Positions 53,694 to 63,860 are shown, numbered from the whole stretch's first letter. The stretch: DNA of 63,860 nucleotides, filler included, from a bacterium (GCA_027062325.1; 6 parts of 6 records of this genome joined end to end with filler, not necessarily neighbours in it); one strand, 5' to 3'. The notes: generated by a model from the sequence alone, not told the origin. Translations and numbers: made by a program.

Positions 53694-55296
53694 AAACAGT
53701 GTTATTCTTTTTATCCTTACTACAGTTACTTTGATTGCTATAACAATTGATACATCAAATAGAGGAGTGGCGATTTCCAACTCTTCCCTTTTCATATCAT
53801 CCACATCCACACTGGAAATATTTTCAACATCTACAGCCAGCGAATCAAAAAAATATATTCCTATTAATGGAAACGCCGAAAAAGTACCAGTGGTAATTAC
53901 ATGTTCAAAAGCCTATTTGCTAAACGTTCATTTTTCAAGCAATGAGGAGTATCTATCTTCCATTTCCGTCAAAAACTGCACCTCAACTAAATCTCCCATA
54001 GCTCCATTCTTCCTTCCACTCTTTTTCACACTAAATGTAATCCCTCCAACTTTATACGGTACAAATATTCTTATTTCAGATGATAAACTCTCAATCCTAT
54101 CACTCTCCTCAAAAGAAGTGATCTCCTCCAAAACCATTTTTTCCGACGTTTTCTCTCTTTTGCATATCACGTCAACATCAAATGAAGTATCACTTGTAAC
54201 AACAGATTTTGAAAACTTTTTCAAAATAACATACACTCCATCCCTAACAACTCCACATATATCATCAACCACCAAAGAGATAGATAAAGTAGAAGAAAAG
54301 TTAATTCAACTTGCATCAAGGGAAACTATTTATTTCAGAGCAGAAGATATAGATTTTGAAACAGGTACTATTGTAGGTGAAGTTTTCTTAAAAGATGTAC
54401 TTACACCCTTCATTTTCTTTTTAAACAAAGAAAAACTACTTTTCTTTCCTACTTATCTTGAACCCTCAACTGACGCTTCAAATACGTTTGTAAGATTTCT
54501 TACACCTTATCATAATTTAATCGCTACAATTACTTTTTCAATTCCATCAAAATCGATAAAACTGAAAATACTAAAACTTGTAAATCAAAAGTTAGAACCA
54601 ATAACTGTTCAAGAAATTAATATACCGAAATCCAACTCAACACCTACAAACATATTCACATTTTCAAAAAAACTATTTATAACACTTCAGGATAAATTGA
54701 TACTTTGGCCTTTCGAAAAAATCGAAAAAAATCCCTCTTCTATAAACTCCACCCCCATTCCTTCATATTCACCTCAAAAAAGCAAGTGTGTAGTACAGGA
54801 GCAGAACTCTATAAAACCTTCTCGAAAATTTAATCTTCCACTCTCCACCTACAACTCAAATAATCAACACAATGTCGTTATGATAAAACCATTTATAAAA
54901 GCAATAAATTTATCAACCAATCCTCCTACCAAAATTACACGGGAAGTAAATCTTCTGTTTCTCTCTCCAAACCTCGCAACTATCGACTCATTAACAGCAG
55001 GTGCCCTACTTCTACCAAACAGAGACACTATTATTCTCGGAGTTGGAATGAGTAAAATTGACGAAAAAATTTTCGCCGTTTTGATTAAAAATAGTGAATT
55101 AGTCAGGATAATAAAACTATCAGATTTAAACATAAAATCTCTCCCTTCATTTGAAAAAGTTTACCCAAAACTGTTGAATAACTTTCACATATTGCTTCAC
55201 AATTTTCAAATAACCAAGAATGGTATATTTTTATTTCTCTCCTTTAAAAATTCTATTCTTAAATTAGAAAAGCACTTTTCAATATTCATAAAATAA
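53680..55296 (+). CDS. Exported hypothetical protein, S/T/I/K-rich, 538 aa
   Basis: RBS GGGGGAG, overlaps the upstream stop, signal-like N-terminus. Confidence 0.6.
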   Translation: MKVFRNSVILFILTTVTLIAITIDTSNRGVAISNSSLFISSTSTLEIFSTSTASESKKYIPINGNAEKVPVVITCSKAYLLNVHFSSNEEYLSSISVKNCTSTKSPIAPFFLPLFFTLNVIPPTLYGTNILISDDKLSILSLSSKEVISSKTIFSDVFSLLHITSTSNEVSLVTTDFENFFKITYTPSLTTPHISSTTKEIDKVEEKLIQLASRETIYFRAEDIDFETGTIVGEVFLKDVLTPFIFFLNKEKLLFFPTYLEPSTDASNTFVRFLTPYHNLIATITFSIPSKSIKLKILKLVNQKLEPITVQEINIPKSNSTPTNIFTFSKKLFITLQDKLILWPFEKIEKNPSSINSTPIPSYSPQKSKCVVQEQNSIKPSRKFNLPLSTYNSNNQHNVVMIKPFIKAINLSTNPPTKITREVNLLFLSPNLATIDSLTAGALLLPNRDTIILGVGMSKIDEKIFAVLIKNSELVRIIKLSDLNIKSLPSFEKVYPKLLNNFHILLHNFQITKNGIFLFLSFKNSILKLEKHFSIFIK

Positions 55297-55326
55297 AAAG
55301 CAATCTAAGAAATTCAAATTTAAAGC

Positions 55327-55367
55327 AAAAACAAAGGGGACTGCCAGCTTCCATTGCCAGCAGTCCC
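55327..55367 (-). terminator. Candidate terminator of the RND operon
   Basis: GGGACTGC...GCAGTCCC stem with an A-rich run on its left. Confidence 0.6.
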
Positions 55368-55406
55368 ATCTCAAAGTCAAGCTTAAGAATTTACAAAATT
55401 ACTTAT

Positions 55407-58400
55407 TTACTCAGCTGTTTTCTCCAATTTTCTCCCCTCAAAGAGATAGTACATCACCGGTATAACCATCAATGTCAAAGCAGTAGAAGTAGTAACTCCA
55501 AACAGAAAAGATATTCCCATTCCCTTGAAAATTGGATCGGTAAGCAACGGAAGAGCTCCAAGAGCAGTAGTTACAGCCGTTAAAAATATTGGCTTAGCCC
55601 TTACTGCGCCAGATGTAATTATCGCATCTTTTACTGGTACTCCTTCTTTCAACATGTTTTGAATATAATCCACTAGCAACACAGAGTTTCTCACAACAAT
55701 TCCCGCACTTGCAATATAGCCCATCATACTCGGAGCGCTGAAAAATATCCCTCCCAGCAACTTATCCACTATCCAGTGCCCCGGTAAAACTCCCGCAATT
55801 GCAAGAGGGATTGGCACCAACAACACAAATGGGGCAACCATTGAACCGGTACTTCCCACCAATATCATATATATCAACACAACAACCACAAGAAAGATTG
55901 AAATCAAATCTCTAAACGTTTGATAGGTATTTTGAATTTGTCCATCCCATTTAATGCTGTATTCAGTAGCAGTATTTGGAGGCAAATGCCCAACATACTG
56001 TTTAACATACGGCAACTCCTTAGCTATGCGTTTTTTCATGGCAAGCATTCCATAAACGGGAGCTTCAACTTTACCAGTTCCTAACCCGTGAACGTAAACC
56101 ACAGGGCGCAAATTCTTTTTATATATGGAAGGTTTCAAGGTTGTCTCCTTAACCTTTACGAGTTCAGAAAGATAAACTTTTTTACCCATTCTGTTGATAA
56201 GCGGAACATGAAGCAGCTTTTCTATATTATTTCTTTGGGAAAATTCAGGTTTAATCTCAATGTATAGAAGTTCCTTTTTTCCTTTGGCATTCGCAACAAG
56301 CCTAAAACCTGCCGTCAACCCTCTAAGTGCCATTAAAATTTCCTGCTGAGTAAATCCATTCAACGTAGCCTTTTCTTTATCCACCACAAATTCAATTTTC
56401 TTTTGAGGAGCTTCAACATACCAATCTATATCTGCAAGTCCAGGAGTAGTTTCCATAATATGTTTTATTTTCTTCGCAATTTCCAAACGTTTCTTTTCAT
56501 CTGGTCCATACACCTCTATAACAATTGAATCCATTGCAGGAGGCCCTGGTGGAATCTCAACAACTTTAGCTACAAGGCCAGGATACTTTTTCACCAGAGG
56601 CTGGATCATTTTCCTAACTTCGCTTGCTATATCATGGGTCTGTCTTTTCCTATAATCCCTATTTTTAAGAATGATATGAACATCCGCAACTGCTGGACCT
56701 TTTCTCAAAAAGTAGTGACGCACCAATCCCGCAAGTGAAATTGGAGCTGCTACTCCAGAATAGCAAACCACCCTTTCTATCTCAGGAACCTTATCCTTCA
56801 CAAATCGAGCAAACTCACTTGCAATTTTAAAGTTCTCTTCTAAGCTTGTCCCCTCCGGGAAATTCAAAATTATTTTAAATTCATCCTTGTTGTCATAAGG
56901 CAGTGTCTTTACAAATACCATTTTTAAAGGAAGCATCGCAACTGCAAGTAAAGTAACAATAACAGCTCCAAGTACAACCATCCAACTCTTAAAGCTTGAA
57001 TTCAAAATTGGCTGCAGGATAGAATCATAAGCTTTGTATCTCCAAGTCTTTTTTATATCAAAACGTTCTTCTCCTTCTTCTGCCACCTTCTTTAAAAGTC
57101 TATATCCAAAGTATGGTGCAATAACAAATGCCACAATAAGAGAAAGAATCATAGTGGTTGAACCATTAACAGGTGTTGGCCTCATATACGGTCCCATCAA
57201 TCCCGTAACAAAAGCCATTGGCATAATTGAAAGAACAACTGTTATCGTAGCAACAATAGTAGCACTTCCCACCTCATCAACAGCTTTCACAACTATATCC
57301 TCAGTAGCTTTTTTCTCCGTTCTAAAATGTCGTTCTATATTCTCCGTGATGATTATCGTATTATCAACAAGTGTTCCTATGACAAACACCAGGGCAAACA
57401 AAGTAACACGGTTTAAGGTAAAACCATAAAGGTAGTTTGTAAACAGTGCTAACGCCAAAGTAGTAGGAATAGAAATGAATGCAACAAGACCACTTCTCAT
57501 TCCCATGAAAATTGCCATAATCAAAGTAACGATTATTATCGCCTGAACTAGGTTTATCACCAGATCCCTGACCTTTTGCTTTGCACTTATTCCAAAGTTT
57601 CTAGTTATCGCAATCTTTACCCCATCTGGCAACAGCTTATCTTTCACTTCATCCAATTTTTTTAAAGCATTTTTCACTATATCTACAACATTTTTCCCTT
57701 TCTGCTTCTTCAACTCAACAGTTACAGCCCAAAACATCTCGTTGTTTTTCTTCTCAAACAATGCTACATAGTTCTCCGGCTCCTCTGCTGTATTCTCTAT
57801 TACTGCAATATCTCTTAAATACACAGGTTTTCCATTATACACTGCAACCACTATGTTTCTCAGCTCGTCTATTGAAGAAATTAAATTTCCACCTTCAACT
57901 ATAAAATCGGTGTTGTCGTTAACAATATTCCCCATTGGAATCTTTACATTCATAGCCTTTAAAATTTGATAAATTTGCAAAATAGAAACGTTGTATCCTG
58001 CCATTTTATCTAAGTCCAATTTCACTCTCCAAATCTGCCGCAGCCCACCTACCACTTTCACTTCTCCTACTCCATCCACTCTTTTCATAATATCCTTTAA
58101 CTCCAAAGCAATCTTTCTCAACTGTTCTGGAGTATACTTATCGCTGTAAAGCGTTATACCTAAAACTGGTACATCATCAACTGTTCTTAAAATTGGAAGC
58201 GGTCCAATAACTCCTTCTGGTAACTTTTCTCTTACAGCATTTAACTTGTCATATACCTGAACTAAACTCTTTTCATAATCCCTTCCAACATAAAACCTAC
58301 AAACTATCATACCGCCATTGTCTCGTGCAGTAGAGTATAAGTATTCTATGTCTTTTATTTCTGCCAACTTTCTTTCTATGGGTTGAATCACATATCGATT

Positions 58401-58631
58401 AACCTCATCTCTATCAGCTCCCGGATAACCAACCATTATGTCTATCATTGGAACGTTAATCTGTGGATCCTCTTCCTTGGGAGTAATGTAAAGAGCAAAT
58501 AAGCCAACTGCGATAAACGAAATCGTAAGCAACACTGAAAGCGGAGAATTTATGAAAAACTGAGCAAGTTTTCCCGCTATTCCTATCTCTTTTTTCTGCA
58601 CACTCATCCCTCCTTTAACAGATGGCTTCAA
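55407..58631 (-). CDS. RND efflux permease (AcrB/AcrD/AcrF family)
   Basis: PKEEDPQI, LNRVTLFAL...IG.LVD..I...ENI.RH, PPGPP, GIVVRNSVLLVD, R.KPIFLT. True start is probably 58607 or 58601. Confidence 0.95.
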   Translation of the reverse strand: MKPSVKGGMSVQKKEIGIAGKLAQFFINSPLSVLLTISFIAVGLFALYITPKEEDPQINVPMIDIMVGYPGADRDEVNRYVIQPIERKLAEIKDIEYLYSTARDNGGMIVCRFYVGRDYEKSLVQVYDKLNAVREKLPEGVIGPLPILRTVDDVPVLGITLYSDKYTPEQLRKIALELKDIMKRVDGVGEVKVVGGLRQIWRVKLDLDKMAGYNVSILQIYQILKAMNVKIPMGNIVNDNTDFIVEGGNLISSIDELRNIVVAVYNGKPVYLRDIAVIENTAEEPENYVALFEKKNNEMFWAVTVELKKQKGKNVVDIVKNALKKLDEVKDKLLPDGVKIAITRNFGISAKQKVRDLVINLVQAIIIVTLIMAIFMGMRSGLVAFISIPTTLALALFTNYLYGFTLNRVTLFALVFVIGTLVDNTIIITENIERHFRTEKKATEDIVVKAVDEVGSATIVATITVVLSIMPMAFVTGLMGPYMRPTPVNGSTTMILSLIVAFVIAPYFGYRLLKKVAEEGEERFDIKKTWRYKAYDSILQPILNSSFKSWMVVLGAVIVTLLAVAMLPLKMVFVKTLPYDNKDEFKIILNFPEGTSLEENFKIASEFARFVKDKVPEIERVVCYSGVAAPISLAGLVRHYFLRKGPAVADVHIILKNRDYRKRQTHDIASEVRKMIQPLVKKYPGLVAKVVEIPPGPPAMDSIVIEVYGPDEKKRLEIAKKIKHIMETTPGLADIDWYVEAPQKKIEFVVDKEKATLNGFTQQEILMALRGLTAGFRLVANAKGKKELLYIEIKPEFSQRNNIEKLLHVPLINRMGKKVYLSELVKVKETTLKPSIYKKNLRPVVYVHGLGTGKVEAPVYGMLAMKKRIAKELPYVKQYVGHLPPNTATEYSIKWDGQIQNTYQTFRDLISIFLVVVVLIYMILVGSTGSMVAPFVLLVPIPLAIAGVLPGHWIVDKLLGGIFFSAPSMMGYIASAGIVVRNSVLLVDYIQNMLKEGVPVKDAIITSGAVRAKPIFLTAVTTALGALPLLTDPIFKGMGISFLFGVTTSTALTLMVIPVMYYLFEGRKLEKTAE

Positions 58632-59713
58632 TAAACAACTGTCTCTCCTTCCTCAAGCCCACTCATAACCTCCACAAACTTTCCATTATTGACGACTCTG
58701 CCCAACCTTATCATTCTCTTTACTTCTCCTGAAGAAGTTTTCACCTTTACATAAGTTATTTCTCCTTCTTGTTTCACAGCCTCAATAGGAACTACTAGCC
58801 CCTTAACTTTTCCAACATTTATCAACAATTTTACATACATTCCAGCAACAACATCATGCTTTGCTATATTAGGAAGTTGAACCTTAACCTTATAAGTCCT
58901 GCTCATAGGATCTACCGATTTGCTTTTCACTATCACTGTGCCTTCACACACCTTACAGTATTTCAATCTATCCTGGTATTCAACCTTAACCCTTATTTTG
59001 TCTCCCAAATTCACCATCCCCCATGTGCTTTCCGGAAGGTATGCTTCAACAATTAAAGGATACGCTCCTAAAACATACGCAGGCATAGGCATCTGAGGAG
59101 CAACAAAATCTCCTTCACTTATATTACGTTGTAAAACCACTCCATCGTACATTGCCTTAACTGTGAGGTAATTGACATAAGTCTGTGCCTCCATCAACCC
59201 TGCTTTGGCTTGCGCAATTTTTAGCTCAACTGTCTTCTTTTTAGATAGTAATTCATCCAACTTAGCCTTCATCTGCTTATACTGAGCAAGCGCCTGATCA
59301 TACTGCTGCTTTGAAGCAGATCCCTTCTTGTAAAGGTTAGAAATTCGCCTGAAGGTCTTTTCTGCAAGCTCCAAACCCGCCTTAACCTGTTTAATTCCAC
59401 TTTCTATAGCATTCATTGCCTCCGTTGCTTCTGCATACATCTTCTTAGCCTGCTCATACTTCGCTTTTATTTCAGGAGCATAAATAGTGAATAGTACATC
59501 ACCTTTTTTAACATCTTCTCCTTCCTTAAAATTCCACTTCTCTACAAATCCATTTGCCTTTGGTAAAATTTTTATGGTCTGGAAGTAGTTTACAGTTGCA
59601 GGAAAAGCATAATAATCATCAAATTCTTGAAGTTTTACTCTCCATTCATTTGCAAAAGAAGAAAAAGACAACAATACCACCAATGCAACTAAATAAACTA
59701 TTTTCTCTCTCAC
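58628..59713 (-). CDS. RND periplasmic adaptor (membrane fusion protein)
   Basis: Lipoyl half-motifs EGEDVKKGDVL and A.YDGVV...I.EGDFV, coiled coil, VDPMSRT, VMSGLEEGE. Confidence 0.92.
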   Translation of the reverse strand: MREKIVYLVALVVLLSFSSFANEWRVKLQEFDDYYAFPATVNYFQTIKILPKANGFVEKWNFKEGEDVKKGDVLFTIYAPEIKAKYEQAKKMYAEATEAMNAIESGIKQVKAGLELAEKTFRRISNLYKKGSASKQQYDQALAQYKQMKAKLDELLSKKKTVELKIAQAKAGLMEAQTYVNYLTVKAMYDGVVLQRNISEGDFVAPQMPMPAYVLGAYPLIVEAYLPESTWGMVNLGDKIRVKVEYQDRLKYCKVCEGTVIVKSKSVDPMSRTYKVKVQLPNIAKHDVVAGMYVKLLINVGKVKGLVVPIEAVKQEGEITYVKVKTSSGEVKRMIRLGRVVNNGKFVEVMSGLEEGETVVY

Positions 59714-59734
59714 CTAAATCCCCCCTTTCAAAAT

Positions 59735-60103
59735 TTAAAGATCAATTTTATCAGCATATTTCACAATGTAACCACGATAGTACAAAACCTTGAAAAATTC
59801 CTGCCAAAATTTAGCAACATATTTCCAATAGTTAACCTCTGTGTTTTCCAAAGCAGTTTCTGCATCAAGCAACTCAACAAGCTTTGCCATACCATTTTTA
59901 TACATATTTCTCACAATTTTTAATTGTTCTCTTGCTTGACTAACCGCAACTTTGTAAACCTTCATATTATCCCATGCATCTTTGAGATTCGCATAAGCTG
60001 TTTGTAACTCCAACACAAGATATTTCTCTTTAAACTCTATCATTTTTTTAAAGTATGCTATAAGCTCTCTCTTTTCCTTTGCTTCTGCTATATCCATTCC
60101 ACC
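59735..60103 (-). CDS. TolC-family outer membrane efflux protein, C-terminal fragment
   Basis: AREQLKIV..MYKNG....VELLDAE; upstream of the adaptor gene; cut by gap. Confidence 0.8.
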   Translation of the reverse strand, partial: GGMDIAEAKEKRELIAYFKKMIEFKEKYLVLELQTAYANLKDAWDNMKVYKVAVSQAREQLKIVRNMYKNGMAKLVELLDAETALENTEVNYWKYVAKFWQEFFKVLYYRGYIVKYADKIDL

Positions 60104-60203
60104 NNNNNNNNNNNNNNNNNNNNNNNNNNNNNNNNNNNNNNNNNNNNTTAATTAATTAANNNNNNNNNNNNNNNNNNNNNNNNNNNNNNNNNNNNNNNNN
60201 NNN
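60104..60203. other. Artificial contig spacer
   Basis: N44-TTAATTAATTAA-N44. Confidence 0.99.
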
Positions 60204-60208
60204 CAAAA

Positions 60209-62461
60209 ATGGTGGTGAGTGGAGTGAAAAGTATAGGGAATGCGTTTGTGCTGAAATTGATTATTGTTTTGATTCTTAGTTTTTCCTTAACGGCTGGAAC
60301 GGATGGATACGCTGCAGATAAACTGTTTTTACTGTGGCACATGCATCAACCACCGTATTTTGACAAAATGGGTAGAATATTGATGCCATGGACGAGATTG
60401 CACGCCACACACGATTACGTAAGGATGACAAACTTGATTTTAAGGTACGGGGTGAATGTTTACGTTAATTTTTCTGGTTCTTTACTTGAGAATTTACTAC
60501 TCTATGCTTTTGGTAAAGAGGATATTTGGCAGGAGAAAGAGCATGAATTTCTTCTTTACTATCCCCGAGTGCCGAAGCATTTGAAGAAATTTTTTGTGGA
60601 TAACTATTTCAGTTATAACTGGGAAAAGATAAAAAGTATTCCTCGCTACAGAGAGTTGTTGGATAAAAGGGTAATGGGTAGAGAGTTTTCTAGTCAAGAT
60701 ATTATGGATTTGGTGGTTTTATTTAACTTAATTTGGATGGACAGGGAAAGCCGCGATAAGAATTTTGGTGATTGGAGAAAAAGAAGGCATTTTACCGTTG
60801 ATGATCTCATTTTAATTTGGAAAATTTCACGCCATAAAGTTATTCAAACACTAAAAAATGTTGCTCTCCTTGCTCATAGAGGACTTATCACTTTTACTCC
60901 GGGGATGCATCCAATACTTCCGATAATAGTGGATTCTGGATGTTTAAAAGAGGATTTAGGATTGAGTAATGTTGTTGAATTGAGTTATCCCAAGGATGCA
61001 TATTTACATATATGGTTTTCCAAGGTATTGCTTGCGATGTTAGGAGTAGATTCGGATAAGGTGTGGCCAGCAGAGGGTGCGCTTTCAGAGAAAGTTTTAA
61101 AGATATTTTCGAAAGAGGGGATAAGGTGGGTTTTTTCAGATGAGAGACTTTTGAAAGAAATTGGTAAGAAAGCGGGAGGGGCTTACGAGTATTCTGGTGT
61201 AAAGATGCTTTTTAGAGATACAGAACTTTCGGACAAGATTGGATTTCGCTATTCAGCAATGAGTGGGGAAAGTGCAATTAAAGATTTTATTAATTACTTT
61301 GGTGCTAAGAAAGTTCCAATACTTACGGTGATTTTGGATGGAGAAAACTGCTGGGAGAATTTTGCTGATGAAGGAGAGGATTTCTTGGTTAGGTTGTACT
61401 CAAAGTTTAAAGATAGATTTGTCAGGCTGGATGAGGTAAAACGTGTTCAAAAGTTGGCTAATTTTACGACAGGTTCATGGATAGATGCCAATTTGGCAAC
61501 TTGGTATGGTGAAGATGAGGAGATTAAAGCTTGGAAGGCATTGGCTGATACAAGAAAGAAAGTGAAACTTGATAAAGATAATTTCATGTGGGTAATGTGT
61601 GCAGAGGCAAGCGATTGGTTTTGGTGGTATGGGTTAGATCAGGAGAGTGGACGAGATAATGAATTCGATAAACTTTATAGAATGTACTTAAGTTATCTTG
61701 GAGGGAAGTATTCTTCTTTTCTTGAGAAGAGAAAGCCAGAGTGGAAGGGGAGCGAGTTACTACTTACTGAAAGTGGTGGAGTTATGCAAAGTGCTAATAG
61801 AAAGAAGGTTTTAGTTGACGTGGATTATGAAAGGGGTGTTTTGAGGGAGTACAAGGGGCAAAGATTAATACGGGAGAAGGTGTTCAGAAAAGCTTTCAAA
61901 GTTAAGGTTGGACAGGAAGAGTATTTTATAGATGTTCCAACAGGGAAGTTGTACACTGATGGTTCAGAAGACGAGATGGTTACTTATCCTACGGATTCAG
62001 TTTTTAAAAGAGGAGCTTTTGATCTTCTAGCTTTAGTGCTTGATAGAAGGAGAGGATATGGATATGTGAAATTGAAGAGGTTGGATAATCCGTGGAAGTC
62101 GCCTTACGGTTTTTCGCTGCCATTGGTTGTTGTAGTTGTTGGAGCTGGGGATACTGAACTTGAGGGAGCTGGAGTTAAATTTATGGCTCAAAAGCTTTAT
62201 GTGCTGAGGGGGTGGAAGCCGTTTGTTAAGGAGGGAAGAAATGTTAGGCCATTGAAGGAGTGGCGAACTGGTAGGTGGATAGGTTTTGAGTTTGAGAGTT
62301 TGAAGGATTTAGAGAATGTTAGGTCAGTTTATGTATTTGGACATGATGGATATGGTGTAGGAATAGGGATAAGAAAAGTTGGTAAAAGAGGACGTTGGAA
62401 CTTTGGAAGAACTGCCCAAAGCTGTGGAAATGCCGTAGATGTGCTTAAGGTAGAGGATTGA
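60209..62461 (+). CDS. Secreted GH57 glycoside hydrolase (amylopullulanase-like) with C-terminal glucodextranase/DOMON-like domain
   Basis: WHMHQP, HPILP, WPAEGA (nucleophile), LDGENCWE (acid/base), AEASDWFWW; C-terminal DNPWKSPYGFS. Confidence 0.88.
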   Translation: MVVSGVKSIGNAFVLKLIIVLILSFSLTAGTDGYAADKLFLLWHMHQPPYFDKMGRILMPWTRLHATHDYVRMTNLILRYGVNVYVNFSGSLLENLLLYAFGKEDIWQEKEHEFLLYYPRVPKHLKKFFVDNYFSYNWEKIKSIPRYRELLDKRVMGREFSSQDIMDLVVLFNLIWMDRESRDKNFGDWRKRRHFTVDDLILIWKISRHKVIQTLKNVALLAHRGLITFTPGMHPILPIIVDSGCLKEDLGLSNVVELSYPKDAYLHIWFSKVLLAMLGVDSDKVWPAEGALSEKVLKIFSKEGIRWVFSDERLLKEIGKKAGGAYEYSGVKMLFRDTELSDKIGFRYSAMSGESAIKDFINYFGAKKVPILTVILDGENCWENFADEGEDFLVRLYSKFKDRFVRLDEVKRVQKLANFTTGSWIDANLATWYGEDEEIKAWKALADTRKKVKLDKDNFMWVMCAEASDWFWWYGLDQESGRDNEFDKLYRMYLSYLGGKYSSFLEKRKPEWKGSELLLTESGGVMQSANRKKVLVDVDYERGVLREYKGQRLIREKVFRKAFKVKVGQEEYFIDVPTGKLYTDGSEDEMVTYPTDSVFKRGAFDLLALVLDRRRGYGYVKLKRLDNPWKSPYGFSLPLVVVVVGAGDTELEGAGVKFMAQKLYVLRGWKPFVKEGRNVRPLKEWRTGRWIGFEFESLKDLENVRSVYVFGHDGYGVGIGIRKVGKRGRWNFGRTAQSCGNAVDVLKVED

Positions 62462-62474
62462 TAATGGGATACAT

Positions 62475-63860
62475 TTGCCGATATTTAATTTTGTGAAGGG
62501 AAAAAGGATTAATAATTTTGAAAAAGTAAAGTATTTAAAGTTGCGTTTTTCTAAATTTGATTTTATAAGATTTGGAATATTGCTATTTTTTGCACTTTGT
62601 ATTTTTGCTTCAGCAGGTAGCTTTATGAAATTTGTAGTTGGTTCCAATGCTTACCAAACTTTTTATTCTCAATTGATGGGAGCTCGAGATGTTTATTTGA
62701 TCACAGAGGGCTTTTACGATGCAGATATTGCTCAGCTTTTGATAAACAAGGCTTTGAGTGGATACACAGTTGAAGTTGTGGTGAAAGCAGGAAAAATTGC
62801 TGCAGATTTCATAGCTGAGTTTAACGATTCTGGAGTCAAGCTTTTTCAAGAGGATGTTTATATTCAGGGGACTACATTTACAGATGGGGTAAAATTTTCT
62901 TCTTTTAAAGGGATGGTGGATAAGTCTAGTTTTTACGATGTAAAAAATATGCTTTTGTATGGAGAAGACAGTAAAATTGCGGAATTCATAAAGAAAAAAA
63001 TAGAAGAAGCAGCTGATGGTGTATTTGAGGAGGAAAGTTATTATTCTCAGAATTTTGGGCTTCAAATAGAATTTTCAAGGCCGGGATACTATTTTAAGGG
63101 AGAAACTTTAGCATTTGCAGAAGGAGGAGAAGAGGATTCATTTTGGTTAACACAGCTTTTGGCTCAGTTTTTGAATGTTTGGGTTGAAGGTGTGGTGAAT
63201 GATGATAGGAAGTGTTTTCAGATGAAAAAAAAGGGAGCTTTGATACTTTCTGATAGAGTGGGCTGCAGCGTTTATGTGGAGAAGAGTCAGGGGATATTTT
63301 ACACGACTTATCTTTCAAATAGGTATAGAGATTGGAGCTTTACCTATGTCTTTTTTAATAAGGGGCTTTTGAGTGATTTAAGATCAGCTCTTTATGACTT
63401 AATGAATTTTGAGAACAGATTCAAATTTGCGTGTTTTATCAAAGATGCAAATACCGGTTGGGGAATAGGAGGTGCTGAGGCATACTCGATTGATAACGCA
63501 TATTCATTTGTTGCAGATGAGGCTGGATGGATATTTGCAGGGAGTGACTTTGTTCCAACTTCTCCGTTCAAAGTATTTGCCCGGCATTATGAGGGTAGGG
63601 TTGTTTCGTTTCCAATGAATGGTACTTATTCAGTAGTGTTGAACAGTATAAAAACCGGAGCCAGTATAACGGGAACTGTTAATGTTGAAGGGTTATTTTC
63701 TGTTGAGGTTAGAAAAAAGCAGCCGAATTGGGATGAGGTTAGCTCGTACTTTTCAAATGGGGCCTTTACCTTGACTGATGTTCCAACTGGTGAGGTTGAA
63801 TTGGTGATAAGAGCTTTTGGATATGAAACCTATGTTAAAGATATGTTCATTGAATCAGGA
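62475..63860 (+). CDS. Exported hypothetical protein running off the window end (not in ORF track)
   Basis: Frame is stop-free from 62454 to 63860. Candidate starts TTG 62475, GTG 62493, TTG 62541. Signal-like FGILLFFALCIFASA; C-terminal GAFTLTDVPTGEVELVIRAFGY resembles carboxypeptidase-regulatory-like domains. Confidence 0.75.
   Translation, partial: MPIFNFVKGKRINNFEKVKYLKLRFSKFDFIRFGILLFFALCIFASAGSFMKFVVGSNAYQTFYSQLMGARDVYLITEGFYDADIAQLLINKALSGYTVEVVVKAGKIAADFIAEFNDSGVKLFQEDVYIQGTTFTDGVKFSSFKGMVDKSSFYDVKNMLLYGEDSKIAEFIKKKIEEAADGVFEEESYYSQNFGLQIEFSRPGYYFKGETLAFAEGGEEDSFWLTQLLAQFLNVWVEGVVNDDRKCFQMKKKGALILSDRVGCSVYVEKSQGIFYTTYLSNRYRDWSFTYVFFNKGLLSDLRSALYDLMNFENRFKFACFIKDANTGWGIGGAEAYSIDNAYSFVADEAGWIFAGSDFVPTSPFKVFARHYEGRVVSFPMNGTYSVVLNSIKTGASITGTVNVEGLFSVEVRKKQPNWDEVSSYFSNGAFTLTDVPTGEVELVIRAFGYETYVKDMFIESG

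Noticed and set aside
62324-63318. Minus-strand ORFs 62324-62647, 62610-63065 and 63094-63318
   Set aside because: They are antisense to a longer plus-strand frame with typical codon usage that the track omitted because it has no stop in the window.

Overview
A 63.9-kb piece of a low-GC bacterial draft genome. It consists of six contig segments joined by artificial 100-bp spacers (44 N + TTAATTAATTAA + 44 N) at 11876, 38210, 45578, 52865 and 60104, so gene neighbourhoods across spacers are not reliable. The content is mostly housekeeping genes in scrambled order (nadC, pth, RluB-like, rpoB, rpoC, rsfS, murI, pyrG, RlmI-like, eno 3' end, holB-like, ricT, lpxI-like, lpxB, MsbA-like, an RND pump, GH57). 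The lipid A genes point to an LPS-bearing diderm, and the E/K/V-rich proteins and GH57 suggest a thermophile (inference). The most striking feature is a very large RNA polymerase. Beta is 1599 aa, with a Cys-rich insert, a ~310-aa repeat-module insert, a ~145-aa C-terminal insert and an H526N-type rifampicin pocket. Beta' is about 2330 aa, read across a gap, with a ~1000-aa trigger-loop insertion made of about nine SBHM repeats, nested beta-beta' modules and an apparently foreign beta-sandwich domain. rpoBC is detached from ribosomal-protein genes and runs into a Maf / degenerate SPASM / Slt / pseudo-ADP-ribosylhydrolase cluster. Other points: strong strand-dependent G/C skew, a 53-aa ORF and a terminal ORF missing from the ORF track, and several apparent pseudo-enzymes. 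I recognised no rRNA, tRNA, CRISPR array or mobile element. All calls come from motif recognition by eye; no searches were run.
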